A DNA stretch of 62,775 nucleotides, counting the filler, from Choristocarpus tenellus KU-1152 (taxonomy: Eukaryota; Protista; Phaeophyceae), in the NCBI GenBank assembly GCA_964200185.2. It is 11 parts of 11 records of this genome, joined end to end, with 100 filler letters (N's around TTAATTAATTAA, not from the genome) between each part and the next. Parts side by side here need not be neighbours in the genome. Positions count along the whole stretch, not along the records: positions 25,419 to 35,802 come from CAXNAD020002957.1; positions 35,903 to 40,214 come from CAXNAD020015166.1; 9 more parts are not named here. The stretch is one strand, 5' to 3'. Positions 26,057 through 40,314 of the stretch are shown here, in pieces. Position 1 is the first letter of the stretch; each line of letters begins with the position of its first letter. A program made the position numbers and the translations under genes. The notes under the pieces are model-generated. The model was given only the letters and a program-made list of their open reading frames with translations. It was not told the DNA's origin and did no database searches.

Positions 26057-26313
26057 GAGCCCAAGTAAACGAGAGGTACCCAGGTGTTGACCGTTTTGTA
26101 TTTTAAGACAGTTTTTCCATCTTCTGGAGTCACCCATATTTCTATGGACAAAGTGCTAAGTCTGACTTGAGAGAGTTCATTTCAAGTTTGTTTTAAAGTT
26201 TGGAAATAACTCATTAAAGCTCCTATACTCGTTTGTAAAAAAAGTTCAATTTTGCACTTGTTTGTCAGCATCCTCAAAGTGCAATTTTTTGGTACCTCTC
26301 GTTAACTTGACTC
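26057..26313 (-). mobile_element. MITE family B
   Basis: GAGCCCAAGTAAACGAGAGGTACC ... GGTACCTCTCGTTAACTTGACTC; flanks aca/aca. Confidence 0.85.
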
Positions 26314-27067
26314 ACAGTTGGCACAAAATATAGCATTTGATGATACCTTACATGAGACATTACATTTTTTACTGTGCGGCAAATATCCAACACTTGCAGT
26401 TGATGCCATTTTCGGCCTTTCCATACCCATGGTAACTTTTAACTACACAGCAGTTTAGTCGACAGTCGGCTCGTAAACTACAGCTCATGTTTGAGCTGGC
26501 ATGCTGTAATGTGCCAAACTAATCGAGGGGTAGGCAGGTTTGGACCCTTACGCATTCTAAGCAGTCGTTCTTACCCTGTGCAATACACTCTATCGCATTC
26601 CTTTATGTACACATAGTATACGCAAAAGTGATATGCCCCCTTTCCACACAGAAAGTAACACCACAATTCAGTAAAGGCTCTTCCTGCAACTGACAAAATT
26701 GCGTCTATTTTCCCTTTCCCAGGTTCCTTGGAATGCAACCCTATCTACCTCTCAATTGGTTTGGCTCAATTTAGACAAGAATGCAGCAATGCGAGCCACA
26801 GCTATTGCTGTGTTAATATTTTATCGTTTTCATCCGGAATATAACATATATTATTTCATAAACCACACACTACAGATGCCAATCCCAATCCCAAGCCTTG
26901 TTTGTTCACCGTTGGTACTGTCGAGTTTGTTGATACTTCCCGGACTATCACCTGTGCTCTGTACTGTGTGTGCAAACAAGGTGAGAGCGAGGAAATTTTA
27001 GTGAATTTATCACGGATGAAACCAGGGAAAAACTCGCACCCTCTAAGATACTTTGGCAATTATCCAT

Positions 27068-27329
27068 GAGTGAAAGTATCTTAACAGGGTACGAGTTTTT
27101 CCCTCTTTGTCCATTTGGGGCTTGGCTTCCCATGGGTTCTTAATGACATTTTACCTACTCTGAAATGTTTCGGAGTAGGTAAAAAGTATATGTTATGGAA
27201 AGGTGTGTCCAGAACAGGGATATTGACTCTTCCTAACAAACATGACAGCCAAAATTACATCAAAATCGCAACATTTGATTTTGGCCCCCAAATGGACGCA
27301 GCTATCTACCCTCTAAGATACTTTGACTC
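27068..27329 (+). mobile_element. MITE family A, preceded by an inverted orphan end at ~27020-27057
   Basis: TIRs and internal sequence match other A copies. Confidence 0.88.
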
Positions 27330-29153
27330 TGTCAATCTCTTTTTAACCTTTTCACACGCACTTTCGGAAATCTAACCTAACCCTAACCCTGACCTGTGTG
27401 TGAAAAATAGCCCAAACCTTCGTTTGAAGAAGTGAGAAAGTATGACAGCGGTGGTTCCCCGAGACAGGGGTTCGTTTCCCTACGCACTCCACCATATTGG
27501 CAGGTACTCCGAATATATTCAAGAGGTTGCGGATACTCTTCGATCCCTCAGAATTTACTTTTTCTTGGTGTCCAGAATGTGTATACACATACACATATCG
27601 CAATACCCTCGAAAGCAGGACTTTTCAAAATAGATACTGATTGTGCACAATTCATACGTCGATATAGTGATGGTGTTTTAGAGAGTCGTCGTTCATGTGG
27701 AATGTAGCAAAACTGACTACCACTCACTAAAAACATGTTTTGAACGGTGTAAAATAATTGCACGGATACGTACCTCCTGACATTCTCATTGCACATACGT
27801 AGGGATACATTCTGCATTATTTGAACCAAGAAAGTCCAGAGATGATTGGAGAGAGTGCCATTTCATATGCGCACACAACTTGATTCACCTTCGACATTTT
27901 TCGCACACAATTTTCATTTTTCGCGTGGACTGGCTAAACGAATTCTAGAACTGGACTAGTACAATACATAGTGGACATGGTCCGGATATGTTAAGAGAAT
28001 ATTAGACCCTGTCTAACGGGCAGACATGGACCAGTCCAACACCTACTGGTGAACATGGACCGGGACGTGTGAGATAATTGTGGGATCAGTCCAGCTGATG
28101 GACAGGGGCATTTAAGTTTGCCGCCTTCGTGAAAAGAAGTGGTATTATTTGGCTGGCAAGAGTTTGCCTTAAAATGATACCCCTATTATCCTCCAAGTCC
28201 ACTACACCACTACTGGAACACTGTTATATATTAATCACTAGAAGAAGACCTGTTCAATGCTCCACACTATCATAGGATCTGGATTATGCTCACAATTTAG
28301 TCTTACCCCACAATGATTTTGAACAAGACAGAGTATTTATATCTTTGGCAAGGTCGCACTCTGATCTGATTTCAATATTCCCTGTATTTAATCAGTACTT
28401 CAAACATTCGACAGTGGGCAACAAAATGTCCTACGGTAGTACGTAGTAGACTCTTGCTTCTGGTATATCAACCACGTATTCACCTACGTCGACCTACATC
28501 ACACATATGTTGCTTATGGATTTTACACAGAATGAAATTCAACTGTGCATTCGAAGGACACTGTTGTATTAACTAACTTGATACGGTTCAAATAATACTA
28601 TTTTTCGAAGTAGTTTGTGATTAACCTTGAAATGTTGATGTTTTCCTCAGTGATGTATAATTTCTACCCCATTCCATAATCTCTACATACCTGTAATAGG
28701 TTCATGTTGTGTTATATAAATTCCTTTTGAAGTTAGGTGTACCTGTCACTTTGCATTGAAGCAAAAAGGTTTAACATTTGTTACTGGTGTTGTCAGAACA
28801 ATACGATTTAACCTCTACGCCCCCTTGCGTCGAAGAATCTCAACGCTACTATTCACATCAGCCAGACAGAAGCCTCGATTTAGTTACTTCGGGGTGTTGA
28901 AGTGGTCAAGTGGAATCACGGGACAAATGCCGCCTTCAAGTCACATATTTTTCCGGGCACTCTGATTGGAGGACACAGGAACGATAATGCTGATTTGAGA
29001 GACTAGGGGTCTCTTTTTACTTTGCCTGGATCATTGTTTCAAGGTAAGTCAGGACCTGGACAAGATTTTGAGCCGCTCATGTGGCTAGATCTAAGGTGTT
29101 CAACCATACCTACAGAGCTGAAAATTCGTGTTAGTCATTTCGGTCTTGGTCTT

Positions 29154-29329
29154 GGGTCAAAGTATCTGGGTGTGTGTGGCGACTGTCCATATGGGGCCAA
29201 TTTTTTCATGTCGTGATTTTTGGGTGATTTGGTTGCATACGTCGGATGGATAATGTAGATATACATTTCCTGATTTTGTCCCAAATGGACACCCTGGTGT
29301 AGACCCCCCCCCCCCAGACACTTTGGGTC
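29154..29329 (+). mobile_element. MITE family C, complete copy
   Basis: GGGTCAAAGTATCTGGG ... CCCAGACACTTTGGGTC; 4-bp TSD tctt/tctt. Confidence 0.88.
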
Positions 29330-29814
29330 TCTTACTCTTCGTTAGGTTGGGCTACAATCACAACAACAGCATTGGTAGTAACATAATAGTAACGAAAGCA
29401 AAACCAGGGCTCGGCCTTGTATCATAATGTTACAGGCTTCAAACTACGAGTAGACAAAATGATACCATTTATTATTCTACAGATTTTGCCTTGTCTTGAT
29501 ACCTCCAACAAAACTCTGCTTACAGCTGCCACAGCAGCAGAGGAATGATTCTGGAGCAAATGCACAGTGTTAGAGCTCTATTTACTACTACTACTACTAC
29601 TACTACTACTGGAGAGAGAATTTGAATGCACTTGTAGCCTGAACACTGCACATCAGTATGTACAACGATAACTGCTCTATCACTCAAAATAGATGCTTCA
29701 CTCCACTTATCTTCTGCGTACGAAAATATCACACTGTTGCGAAGATATACAGGGGATATGAGAAAGAGTTGCACACCGTCTACTTCCTCTCTGCAGTGCG
29801 TTGTGCATCCAATG

Positions 29815-31552
29815 TCATGAAGAAGGTCTCCAACTCATCAGATCCAGGTCTTGCAGGTCCCCCCAATTGACTACAGCTCTTGCCCAAGTGTACCCTGACT
29901 GCTGACTGGACCGTGGGGGGAAACTATGTTTAAGGGACGTTACGACAGAATTATATTGTCCATTGTCAAATCCCCCATTCAGTTGAGAGCTGTCCTTTAT
30001 GTGCGTCCCATAGATAGAACGGATCACCACCTCCCCCTCTGAATCTGGGATCCCGATGAGTTCCCACATCTCTGAGAACTGAGCTTGTGCCTGGACTTTG
30101 GCTGTAGTTGCAATGCCGGATTTTCCCTTGTCTAACTTGCGGAGGTAGAACTGCTCATCTTCTGGTGCTGCAGCATCGAAGTAGGAGGTGGGGTAGAGGA
30201 GGGACTGGATTAATATTCTGCAGTCCTATTGATATGTACCTCTATGTACATTGTAGCTGTGGAAAAACTTTCTTGAAGTCGTCATGGCTGTACTTTTTAC
30301 TTGTGGTAAAAGATGGGGGAATGTTGATGATACGAGTAGGTCAAAAACCCAAAGATAACGCATGGTCCCGTCTCTTTAAGGAGTGTTGGTCAGCCAATTG
30401 TAGGCGAGCTTCGACCAACAAAAATGCAATTATATGAAGCAATCTTAGTAGAAAACAAGAAACATCTGGGTGAAGAAATTTTCCTTCCTCCAAGATCAGG
30501 TGAAGCTGAAAATCCTTGAAAGCATTGCGTATGGACTTCAACTCATTGCTGTTGTCAAACCTGTGGCTGGATTTGCACCAAGCAGCACATCATTATGCAT
30601 TGACCATAGCGCCACCTTTCCAAAGCCAACATCGACAATGGTCCAGTTGGAACGTTCATCCTCTGGTCCAGTAAGAACCTCCACCTTGCCTGTGAACAAA
30701 AATGTCCCCATCATCTTCAAACTTTGTCACTGATAATGCTGATGTTCGTTCACAGGAAAAAACAGAAGGTAACTGAAAAGGGTAAAACTTACAAAAAACA
30801 AAAATCTTGAACAATCGTTCCTTTTGCATTGAAGTGCCTAACTTATGTACCTTTATTAATAGTCTTACTAAGCATTAGTCTCACAGACAGATAACCCTTA
30901 CATCTAGTAGCACTGTCTTTCCATGAATACTTCACATCTCTATGTTAAATGGTACCTTTGATTTTCTTCGGTAGTGACTAGAAGAGCGGAATTGTGTGGG
31001 TAGCGCATGTGGTACCCCACGTGGTAGTAGGACGGGATTAGTCCAAGGTCTCCTCAAGGTCAGGCTGAGTTGCTTGGACAGAGAGAAGTTTGGGTTGATT
31101 GTTGTAAATTGTAATTGTGGCCATGCTCTGTCCAGGGAATACCCTGAAATAATTGTGCTTACCTTTACTGCATGATTGTTCACAGAGTGAAAGCTATACC
31201 CTGCCAGCACAATGTCGGTTTCAGAACGACCCCATCAACATGTATGCCAAGAATCTCTTCCCTTGGAAACTGGTCGATCGCCCGATCCTGAGAAGCAAAA
31301 AATTTCGATTGAACTTCCATTGCAGCTTGTGGGAGCGAAAGCTGGGCTGAAGGGCAGCAACTGGCAAACAATTACTAAGATTGTGCAACAGTACCTCAAA
31401 ACTTCAACAGATACTAGAAGTTGTCCGACTGAGGGCTCACCAGCTGCATCTTGTCCCTCCTCAAAGCAAGTGAGGTATTTGCCTGTTCCAGCCGCCTTGA
31501 AACGTACAAGCCCCAATGTGGGAAAAGAACTGTCCACCTTCTCACACAACAC
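29815..31552 (-). pseudogene. Disrupted gene with fascin-like (beta-trefoil) repeats
   Basis: GLVRFKAAGTGKYLT; ERSNWTIVDVGFGKVALWSMHNDVLLGANP; WELIGIPDSEGEVVIRSIYGTHI; stops and frameshifts between segments. Confidence 0.4.
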
Positions 31553-31834
31553 AATAAAAATAGATTACATCAGATACCATACAAGAACATAATAGTATGA
31601 GAAGAGGTATGTTATCAACCCACAGTGTGGGAAGTAGGACACATGATCCAATTGTGTTAGCTTATCGATACCAATGAGTAATACAGCAGCCTATCAGAGG
31701 TGCTAATTACTGTTCAGACCTTTGATATTATCAGGCAAACAACCCAAACCAATTATTGACTCCGTGTTTTCATTTTCTGCAGGTACAACGCATCGAATGA
31801 AACAATTTGTAGTCTGGATGCAAAAAAAGCTGAC

Positions 31835-31837
<3 letters not shown>

Positions 31838-31879
<42 letters not shown>
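31838..31879. repeat. (AT)n microsatellite
   Basis: Read directly. Confidence 0.95.
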
Positions 31880-31881
<2 letters not shown>

Positions 31882-33492
31882 TAGCACCCACCCACCCACC
31901 AGGTCCTCTCCAATCCTTTTGCCGTCCTCCCACGCTCCGTTGTAGATCTTTCCATCGTTGTATATCTAGAGGGAACAGGGACAGAACCCAGGGGGTGTGT
32001 ATGTGATCTAGCGAGATAAGAAACTGCGACCAAACAATAATCCAACAGTGTGAGTTAAAAGATTGTCTTTCTAGATCTTGTTCTCAGTTTCACAATCATC
32101 AACAAGTGTGTGGATGAGACTCAAAACCTAGAACTATATCTCTGTTGTCGGTTTGGTCGTTCCTAGAGTAGGCACAGTTAGGAGGCTCAGGAGAGCATTA
32201 TCACCTGCCCAGTTCTCGCAATGGCCAGGTATGCATGGCCTTTACAATATGTTGTTCTTTCGCTCCTCCTACCAAAATCCTCCTTATACTTATCTTGCAC
32301 AATGAAGGATTACTATGCATGACAACAATAACGCAGGCAGCAATTTCAAGATAATAGTACTGTATTGCATGACAGCAGGATGAAGATAACTTATAGTGCA
32401 ATGTACTAATGATTTCCAATAGTTCTATTATGCGTACTGCCCAAAAGAAAGTAGTATGCAAGACTTTTGTCTTCATCTCACCGCAATGCCCATCCCATGT
32501 CTTAAGTCACTTCTCCAGCTGCCTTCATATATACGAATGTCCTGCAAAGAATAGGTTGGAGCAAAAGTGCTGTTGAGAGAAGCTAATGTGGGAACAAAGT
32601 TCTTACCCTTTTGTTGAACGTATCAAACTCCCTGGACTGATTGCAACATGTTCTTAGGGCTTTCGTATTTCAAAGGCATGCGGCAAGATATATGTCATGA
32701 GTAAATGCTTTGGTGGAACGTCCAGGAAAACCTTTGGGTCCTGCACCAAAATACATCCTCAAGGGCTACTGAACCACACCATATCCATCCTGTGGTCATT
32801 GCACATTGGGCCCACAAATAGTCAATGTCACCTTCTCCTGGAACTCACTACGTTGTTCTCCAGACTTGTAGCGCATCAAGCCCAATCCCTCTCGCTTTCC
32901 CTGGACAAATTGCTGGAAACAATGTAAGGGATCACAAAAAAATAGCGGTCTGGGGTGGGTGAGTTCGCACCATCTACATATATAATAGTGCTATTTAAAA
33001 CACATTTTTGACCTAACATCGCACAGTGTTGTGAATGCAAGGTGCGATCACTGTTAGAGATAGGTTGCTAGTGCAAAAAAAGTGGTTCTTAATGTTGTTC
33101 CAGCTAGTGCATCCAATTCGTGTTCTGCATCATCTTGGCTGGCACAACTTGTAAAACAATTACAGAAGATTGCTTTTCCAATCTTCCTTTTGATCACTTC
33201 AAATTAGTTTGGGGAAACTCATTATAAGCTGGGAAATTTCACAGAAAGGCAGTGGTCTTGATATTTTGATTCGTTCCTCCTTTCGGTCTGCATAGATACA
33301 CTTTTCAATACTGTTACATGTTACGAAAATTATCGAATGATCCGTGCACTGTACCGTAAATCAAGTAGAGCTCTGTCATAAGATACTTCATGCTTCATGC
33401 AATACCCTGACCCGTGTAGACCACGTTTTATGTTCTACAGGCGCATCCCTCCATGAGGACAGAAAACAACCAATATGTTGTGCTGTGCATAT

Positions 33493-33750
33493 GAGTGAAA
33501 GTATCTTAGAGGGTACGAGTTTTGCCCTGTTTGTCCATTTGGGGCTTGGCTTCCAGTGGGATTTTTTCATGACATTTTCCTACTCCAAGTGTTTCAGAGT
33601 AGGTAAAATGTAAACGTTATGAAAAGGTGTGTCCGGAACAAAGATATTGACACGTCCTAACAAAGGCGATAGCCAAAATTAGATCAAAATCGAAAAATTG
33701 AATTTTGGCCCCAAATGGACGCGGCTCTACTCTCTAAGATACTTCGACTC
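33493..33750 (+). mobile_element. MITE family A
   Basis: TIRs present; no clean TSD. Confidence 0.88.
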
Positions 33751-36700
33751 AGTGAGGGTTTTAAAGGGTTCGGCAGAGAGTAGGAAGGATTGGGTCCAAC
33801 CAGGGCAGGAGTTAAGGGGATGAGCTAGAAAGAAATCAACCCCGAAGGGGAGGGGAGGTCAACTTCGGGCGGGGTAGATGTCTTCTAGCTCAAAGGCATG
33901 GTATGAAGTGGATCATGAACGGGTGTTCTTGGATTATTGTTGAGTGGTGTTGAGTGGTGTAGGGTGAGTGGAGTGGGAACTGGTGTGATCTGGGGTTCGC
34001 ATTGGTTGGTCATTGCAGGGGGGGAAGGTGACTGGAAATCAGTGGCGATGGGGTTCGCACTAGTTGGTCACAAGTGGTGGTACAATGGGGAGGAGGGGAA
34101 TGGGTGGAATGCAAACATAGAACAAATAATAATAATCCAGAATTCGTGAGCAAACAATGTGGTACTTACTATGGAACAACATTTTTTTCTGGTATACAAA
34201 AATGTGTTTTGGTGTACAACACCACTTTCAGGAATGTTGAGAAAATTTTAAGAAATCTTAATTGTAATTATTTTGTTTCTGCACGTTGCTTTACGTTACT
34301 ACCACACTCGAGAACTTTCACAGTATTTCGAAAACAATGTTCAAACTAGAATCGTCTTCTGTATGTTTCTTTCCCTTCAGAAATCTATGTCGTTTATTTG
34401 TTTTGGTTCTTGTCAAGGGTCGCGCACAACACATGCCCACTAGAACAATACCGCCTTACGCAAACATCCTCACAGTTGCCCCCATCAACCTTCCCCCCAA
34501 CAACAACAAATATCGTCGTGGCACTGTAGGAAACATAGCCGGGTCCCCACGTCATCCCCCTTCAGGCTATCCTAATCCCTGACTTCACAGACATTCACCA
34601 CAGCGACCTGGGTGACATGTTCACCAACTCCCTGGTCAATACTAGAGGTTCACTTTGGAATCCAACCGGCAATCCTTCGGCGGGATACCTGTTCGCTTCT
34701 CAAGCCAACGCGGACTTGGAGACACATCCGATGCCAAGTTTAGCTGAGGCACCACCTTCATCCTATGCGCGAGTGGGGATGCTATTGTATGGGGGGGATT
34801 TCACAGTATTGACATAGACGATTCGGGTTCAAATATCTACTCTGTGTCTTACCTACAAGAGGATGGCAAGAATTCCATGCCCCCTGGGCTGAGGTTGTAT
34901 ATAAAAGACGACGAGATTGATGAGGGGGTCGAACAACTACAGGAGAAGGGGAAGACGGACTGTGATGAAGAGGGACCATCATGAAGCTGCAGCTGAGCAT
35001 GTAATATAACGCCGCTTGCAGATGGTTCACTAGGAGAAGCATAGAGACGAGGAGAAGGATACCGAGGGATATATCGTCCTATAATCGTCACTGAGGGTTG
35101 TGCTAGATTTGGACGAGGGAGGAACACTTTATGGAAGAGCCAAGGGCAGGGGACTGTACTTTCGATGGGAACCATCAGTGGATGCGAGGGACCATGACCA
35201 GATACCAGCCCCACTACACACAGTGAGAGTTGGACAGGAGCGAGTCAGCTACCCCTATGAGGTGGAAAGGGAGAATGGTGAAGTGTGAAATATCCAACTT
35301 GTTGTAGAATGGTACAGGACAGAACAGGACGCTCCTACATGAGCCTGGTTCTGGACGAGTCCCACATTGCCGTAATGCAGAGGAGAGACACAACGCGGAC
35401 GAGCTATAATATGTACTCATATTCGTGAGTCACCCTCTCCTTCATTAATCTGGCACATGCTTCCATGGACGACTTATGTTAGGGAGGTCGGACTTTGTTG
35501 ATGCGAGAGTGCACTTTTTCGTTAATTAATTTCGGTTTAAAGTATTTTTTCTATCATGCACGTAATATGTATGCTGTGTTGAAACCTGGTTTGGTATGAG
35601 TTGTGTGTTTTCGTGATGTGTCTGGTTGTAACGAAGGAGGTCATAACGCAACAAAGCACTGATGAATTGTTCTTGTAGGTCTGATGACATGTTGTATTCA
35701 GTTAGTGTTCAACGTGAAGGTATGTTTGGTCTTGTTACAGGCGCCCCTCAATGCTCACCTTCCAGGATGTACAACTCAAATCCAACGACCTCAAAACGAC
35801 GCNNNNNNNNNNNNNNNNNNNNNNNNNNNNNNNNNNNNNNNNNNNNTTAATTAATTAANNNNNNNNNNNNNNNNNNNNNNNNNNNNNNNNNNNNNNNNNN
35901 NNCCCCCAGATACTTTGACCCACAAGCTGGACCATGGAGAGGAATAGAGGAATGGAGGAATGTGGGTATGGCATTAAATTCACAAGGGGAGAAGAATGAG
36001 ATGCTGGGCTCGAATGGACGTAACGGATGTGCCTGAATGAAGACAAAATGAAGAAGTCAGACCTGAAGACTAGAGAAGAGAGGAACATAGAGAGTCGGCT
36101 GAAGGAGGACAACCTAATTGCTTCCCCTAGTTTCTCCCGTTATGAAGGGGACTAAGGGTGACATCCCCCGAGTACCAAGAGATTGATGAGAATCAAGAAC
36201 TGGTTGAAGACATGACAATCCGTGCACAGATTTAAAGACATACAGCATAATGGCCAGTGTAAGAGTGAGAAGAAATAACTTGAATACTTCAAGTCTTCAG
36301 GAACCCAAACATAATGAACAACAAGGCCTGGAAGGCCAGCCCCAGACAGTAACATCCAGAGAAAAATATAATTTGTATCTGCCGTGACCAGGATGTACCA
36401 CACCATGCATCTGCACTCCCTTTGGATTGTACACCCTGTAAACACAATCACATGTCAAACACTTCAAAAATACTTCTTGGGCTATCCTGGCAGTAGTTAA
36501 GAATGCACTCCTGTGTCACTCCCAACAGCACTACCTCCACCCACACAAAGGTGTTGACATGTGACATGTGATCTCTGGTAGGATATCTCTGGTGGGATAC
36601 CCTTCTCTACGAAAGGCCTTAAAAGTACCAAATATTACAGTATCAAATATCACTGTGTTAACAAGCAAGGCCTAATTTCCACCCAATTCCAACAATATCG

Positions 36701-37859
36701 AAAACCCTTGAGTGGAATAGTTTCCTATACCATGTGCTACTTGTTAAATTCCATTTTGACAATCATACCACCAGATGCCCCTTCCCCTGACCTTTCGCCC
36801 CATACATATTCTTATATATCATAATTTTATGTATCATATTTTAATATCTGACTTGGGCAAGAATTACTCACACTACAAAAGCTAAGGCCATATTCCTAAC
36901 CATTATTTTATTAGTTTCGAGGGCATACTACATTGCTTTTTTAATCAAGTGCTATATTTTTCGTTGTTTCTGCCATTTATAATAATATAATAATAAATAA
37001 AATATAATAATTCCACCATGCAGCTATTGAGAATAATTTCCTTGGTACAGAACGACAGAGAATAATGGTCTACAAAATATAAAAAAACGTAGTATTAATA
37101 ATAATTATTATTACTGCAATAGGTTAACACCTACCACCCACATTTCATATATTGCCAGCTGCAACTCTCCCCGCTAAAACAATAGTAATAATAACAATAA
37201 TATAAACCCTCATCAGAACACCTCTCTAACCCTAACCCTAAACTCTATGATGAAAAGAAAAAATAACTAACAATAATAAAAATAATAACTACATTGCAAG
37301 GGTTGTGCTATTTCCTACTTACCTTACAGGGAGGTAAACAGAAACAAAATCTGAGGCATGAACATTTTGACGACAAACTGGAGATTCTGACCAACCAGAT
37401 ACTGGGGGTATCAAGATATCGGTACAGCAGTGTAAGGCTTACCACCAATGTATACCATTGGCGGTATAAAGCCAACACTTCACACAGGCAACAATTTCTC
37501 TCAAAGTACTCATTCTGTTCCATCGACTCCATCCAAAAATATTAAATTACCTCCCTGCTATTCACACTTTTAAAAACACATTTTTATTTCTATATATAAT
37601 CTAGAAATAAAAATAAAACAAGCTCACCGTCAAATTTCACCCCACCCAAGGTACCACATACTCAAAGGTGTTGAAATTAGTACAATCGAGTTGAGTTTAT
37701 ATATTTTTTATTATTCTACTATCACTTCAATAAAAAAACGCGCGCTCCAGAGCACTCCAGAATCGCTCCAGAACACCTTCACTCTGAACAATACTACACG
37801 TAAGAACTCTTAATTTGTTTCTGAAATACCAATCCAAGAGTAGTGTCTTCAAATCTCAC

Positions 37860-37988
37860 CGATAGCTGAACAAGCTTGGGTTCCAGTTCATGAATACATT
37901 GCTGAAGTACTTGCAGATGGATGGATAATCAATCCAGAATACTCCGTTGTCATTCAGCGCAGCAGACTCCAAGTCATAATTCAATGCC
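37860..37988 (-). CDS. Calpain-7/PalB-like protease internal exon (ALNYDLESAALNDNGVFWIDYPSICKYFSNVFMNWNPSLFSY)
   Basis: DNG.FWI...WNP.LF is the calpain-7 CysPc C-terminal signature; AG/GT borders in phase with the 38896 exon; not in the ORF track. Confidence 0.85.
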
Positions 37989-38895
37989 CTGTAGAGGAGG
38001 AGGACTATGGATTAGCAATGTAGATATGACATGGATGCGATATGGAGGAGTACAGGTAACCGCATGATACATTAATTTATTTATTGCATAAGTTCAGGTG
38101 AAATATAAATCCATAGAAAAGAATAAAATATCAAAATAAAAAATATTAAGAGAATATATATATATTGTGAATAATCTACGTAGATGGTTCTCTTTCACAA
38201 AAGAGTTTTCCTAACATAATCCTTGTACGAGGTAATATAATCTACATAAAAACAATAATAATTAGCCCTCAATTTCCACCTTAAAAAAAAAGTTATCCAT
38301 GTATCCCCACTCGCATATACCACAGAGCCCTGTAGCCGTTGCATAATTTCCTTACACCATAGCAAGGACTCAAGCCGTTCTTACTATCTCTTTTTTAATA
38401 AAAATAAAAAATAAAATGAAATAAAAAACCGAGCAAAGCGTATGCAGCAATTGTTCAAAACGAATATAAAGAATAAGTTCCCCTTCGGAAAGGAAAAAAA
38501 AATTGTTCAAAAATAAAAATAAAAATAAAAACTTGCATAGGAACATGTAAAAGATGGGACAACACCTAATATTTTTGGTTGCCCCAAAAACAGAAAATAA
38601 TCCGGGGGGGAAAAAAAGGCTTCAAATCCGATTTCCTAATGAAATAAGGAACTCCAAGCACTCCGATCAGAAAAGAACCTGAATCAAATTAAAAGTGCAC
38701 CGGACGATATGTTAAAAGTGTGCAGCACGATCAACACGATCCATCCTACTTTACCAACAACTAGAATCAACAATGCTAGTGTTTGCCATGGCCAGTTACT
38801 TTCAAGTGAGACTAAGTCCACTACTCTAGGTCCATCACTAGATACAAATAGTCAAACCACCTTAAGTTGGCGTTAGGGATGGTGTCTTGTCTGAC

Positions 38896-38978
38896 CTCTT
38901 CATTTCAGCGGTCCATCGCTGAGTGTCTTCAACAGAGTAAGGCCCTCGCCATCTCTTCCTACTCCAGGGGTTCTTCAC
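38896..38978 (-). CDS. Calpain-7/PalB-like protease internal exon (VKNPWSRKRWRGPYSVEDTQRWTAEMKR)
   Basis: KNPW catalytic Asn motif, RW.G..S..D...WT; cag acceptor, gtcag donor. Confidence 0.87.
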
Positions 38979-40314
38979 CTGTTGGATCCATACAACCACA
39001 TAAAAACATATGAGACACATACCATGCATACATACATACATACATACATAGAACATGCAAAGGATTCAGAGAGGGACTGAAACAATAACACATGTACCAT
39101 GAATACACAAGACACATACTATGCACACCTAAATTCCTTCTCCACCACTAGGACTAGTGTGCCTAAAGCACACATATAATCATATGATCAGTGAGGACAA
39201 AGATCATGAATCACTCTGCAGAACATAAAACCCTCTGGAAAGACAAGGCATGATACATGTACAGAACAAACAAAATGTAATGTAAAAAAGAAAAATCGTA
39301 CTGGGAACATATACGCAAACATGTGTGCATGAAAGGATGCCGAGATTGGGTTAGGGTCAGGGAACCTTCACATAAAAACAAATTCTATTTCCTCAAAGTG
39401 ATACACAAATTCCCCGTAGTAAGAAATTTCTTTTTGTGTATCATACATGTCCCGTAATAGTACGTGTCCCGTAATAGAACCACTACCATTGGCTCTTGCA
39501 GAACAAAATGCAGCCATTCCATTGGCTCAATTGGTGCGATATTAAAAACTTTGTTCATTCATGTTCCCTATTTGAACAATGATAATAATACAATCATGTT
39601 GCTCCCAAGAGAGGCAAAACAGCTCCAGCCTTTCTAGGCGCAAGGGCCACACTACACAAGTCCTCTTTTGCACATCTCAACAAAAACCAAACAAAAACGA
39701 TCATGCTCAACACAAAACTATGCTCATGTCTCTTTTTGACTAGAATTTTCTAGATTGCTCAATTGCTAAAAGAAAACTACATTTTCTATGTATTATATTT
39801 CCCACAGTTCTCAAAGAAAGCATGTTTTTTTCTATCAGTGCAATAAATTTTTTGTTCCAATTTAATAACAAACAAAAAATATTTAGGCTGCGGTAAAATA
39901 AACGGTATATAGAAAGAAAAAATAGGCTACAGTAGAGCATCAACTTTTCTAAGAAATATATTTATATTTATTTATATTGGTTGTAGTACTGCAGTGCAAA
40001 AAAAAAAGTATCAGCGATTATTATTAGAGTGATTATTGTTAGAGAAGAGACAGCGTCACCAACCAGATCAAATGATCTATCTGAAATGTGTTGTTTTCAC
40101 ACTGAAAAGAAAAACAAAAAAACATTGAAAAAATATATATTCCCTGAGTCGATAACCCCTCACCAAGCATAGAACTCCCCCAACACCCTTTCACCCCCAA
40201 TCCACATTTTTTTTNNNNNNNNNNNNNNNNNNNNNNNNNNNNNNNNNNNNNNNNNNNNTTAATTAATTAANNNNNNNNNNNNNNNNNNNNNNNNNNNNNN
40301 NNNNNNNNNNNNNN

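Noticed and set aside
35200-35350. Chromodomain-like YEVERENGEV*NIQLVVEWY
   Set aside because: Too short and disrupted, with no adjacent Gypsy pol recognised
37294-37545. Possible next calpain exon
   Set aside because: No convincing motif or in-phase splice sites
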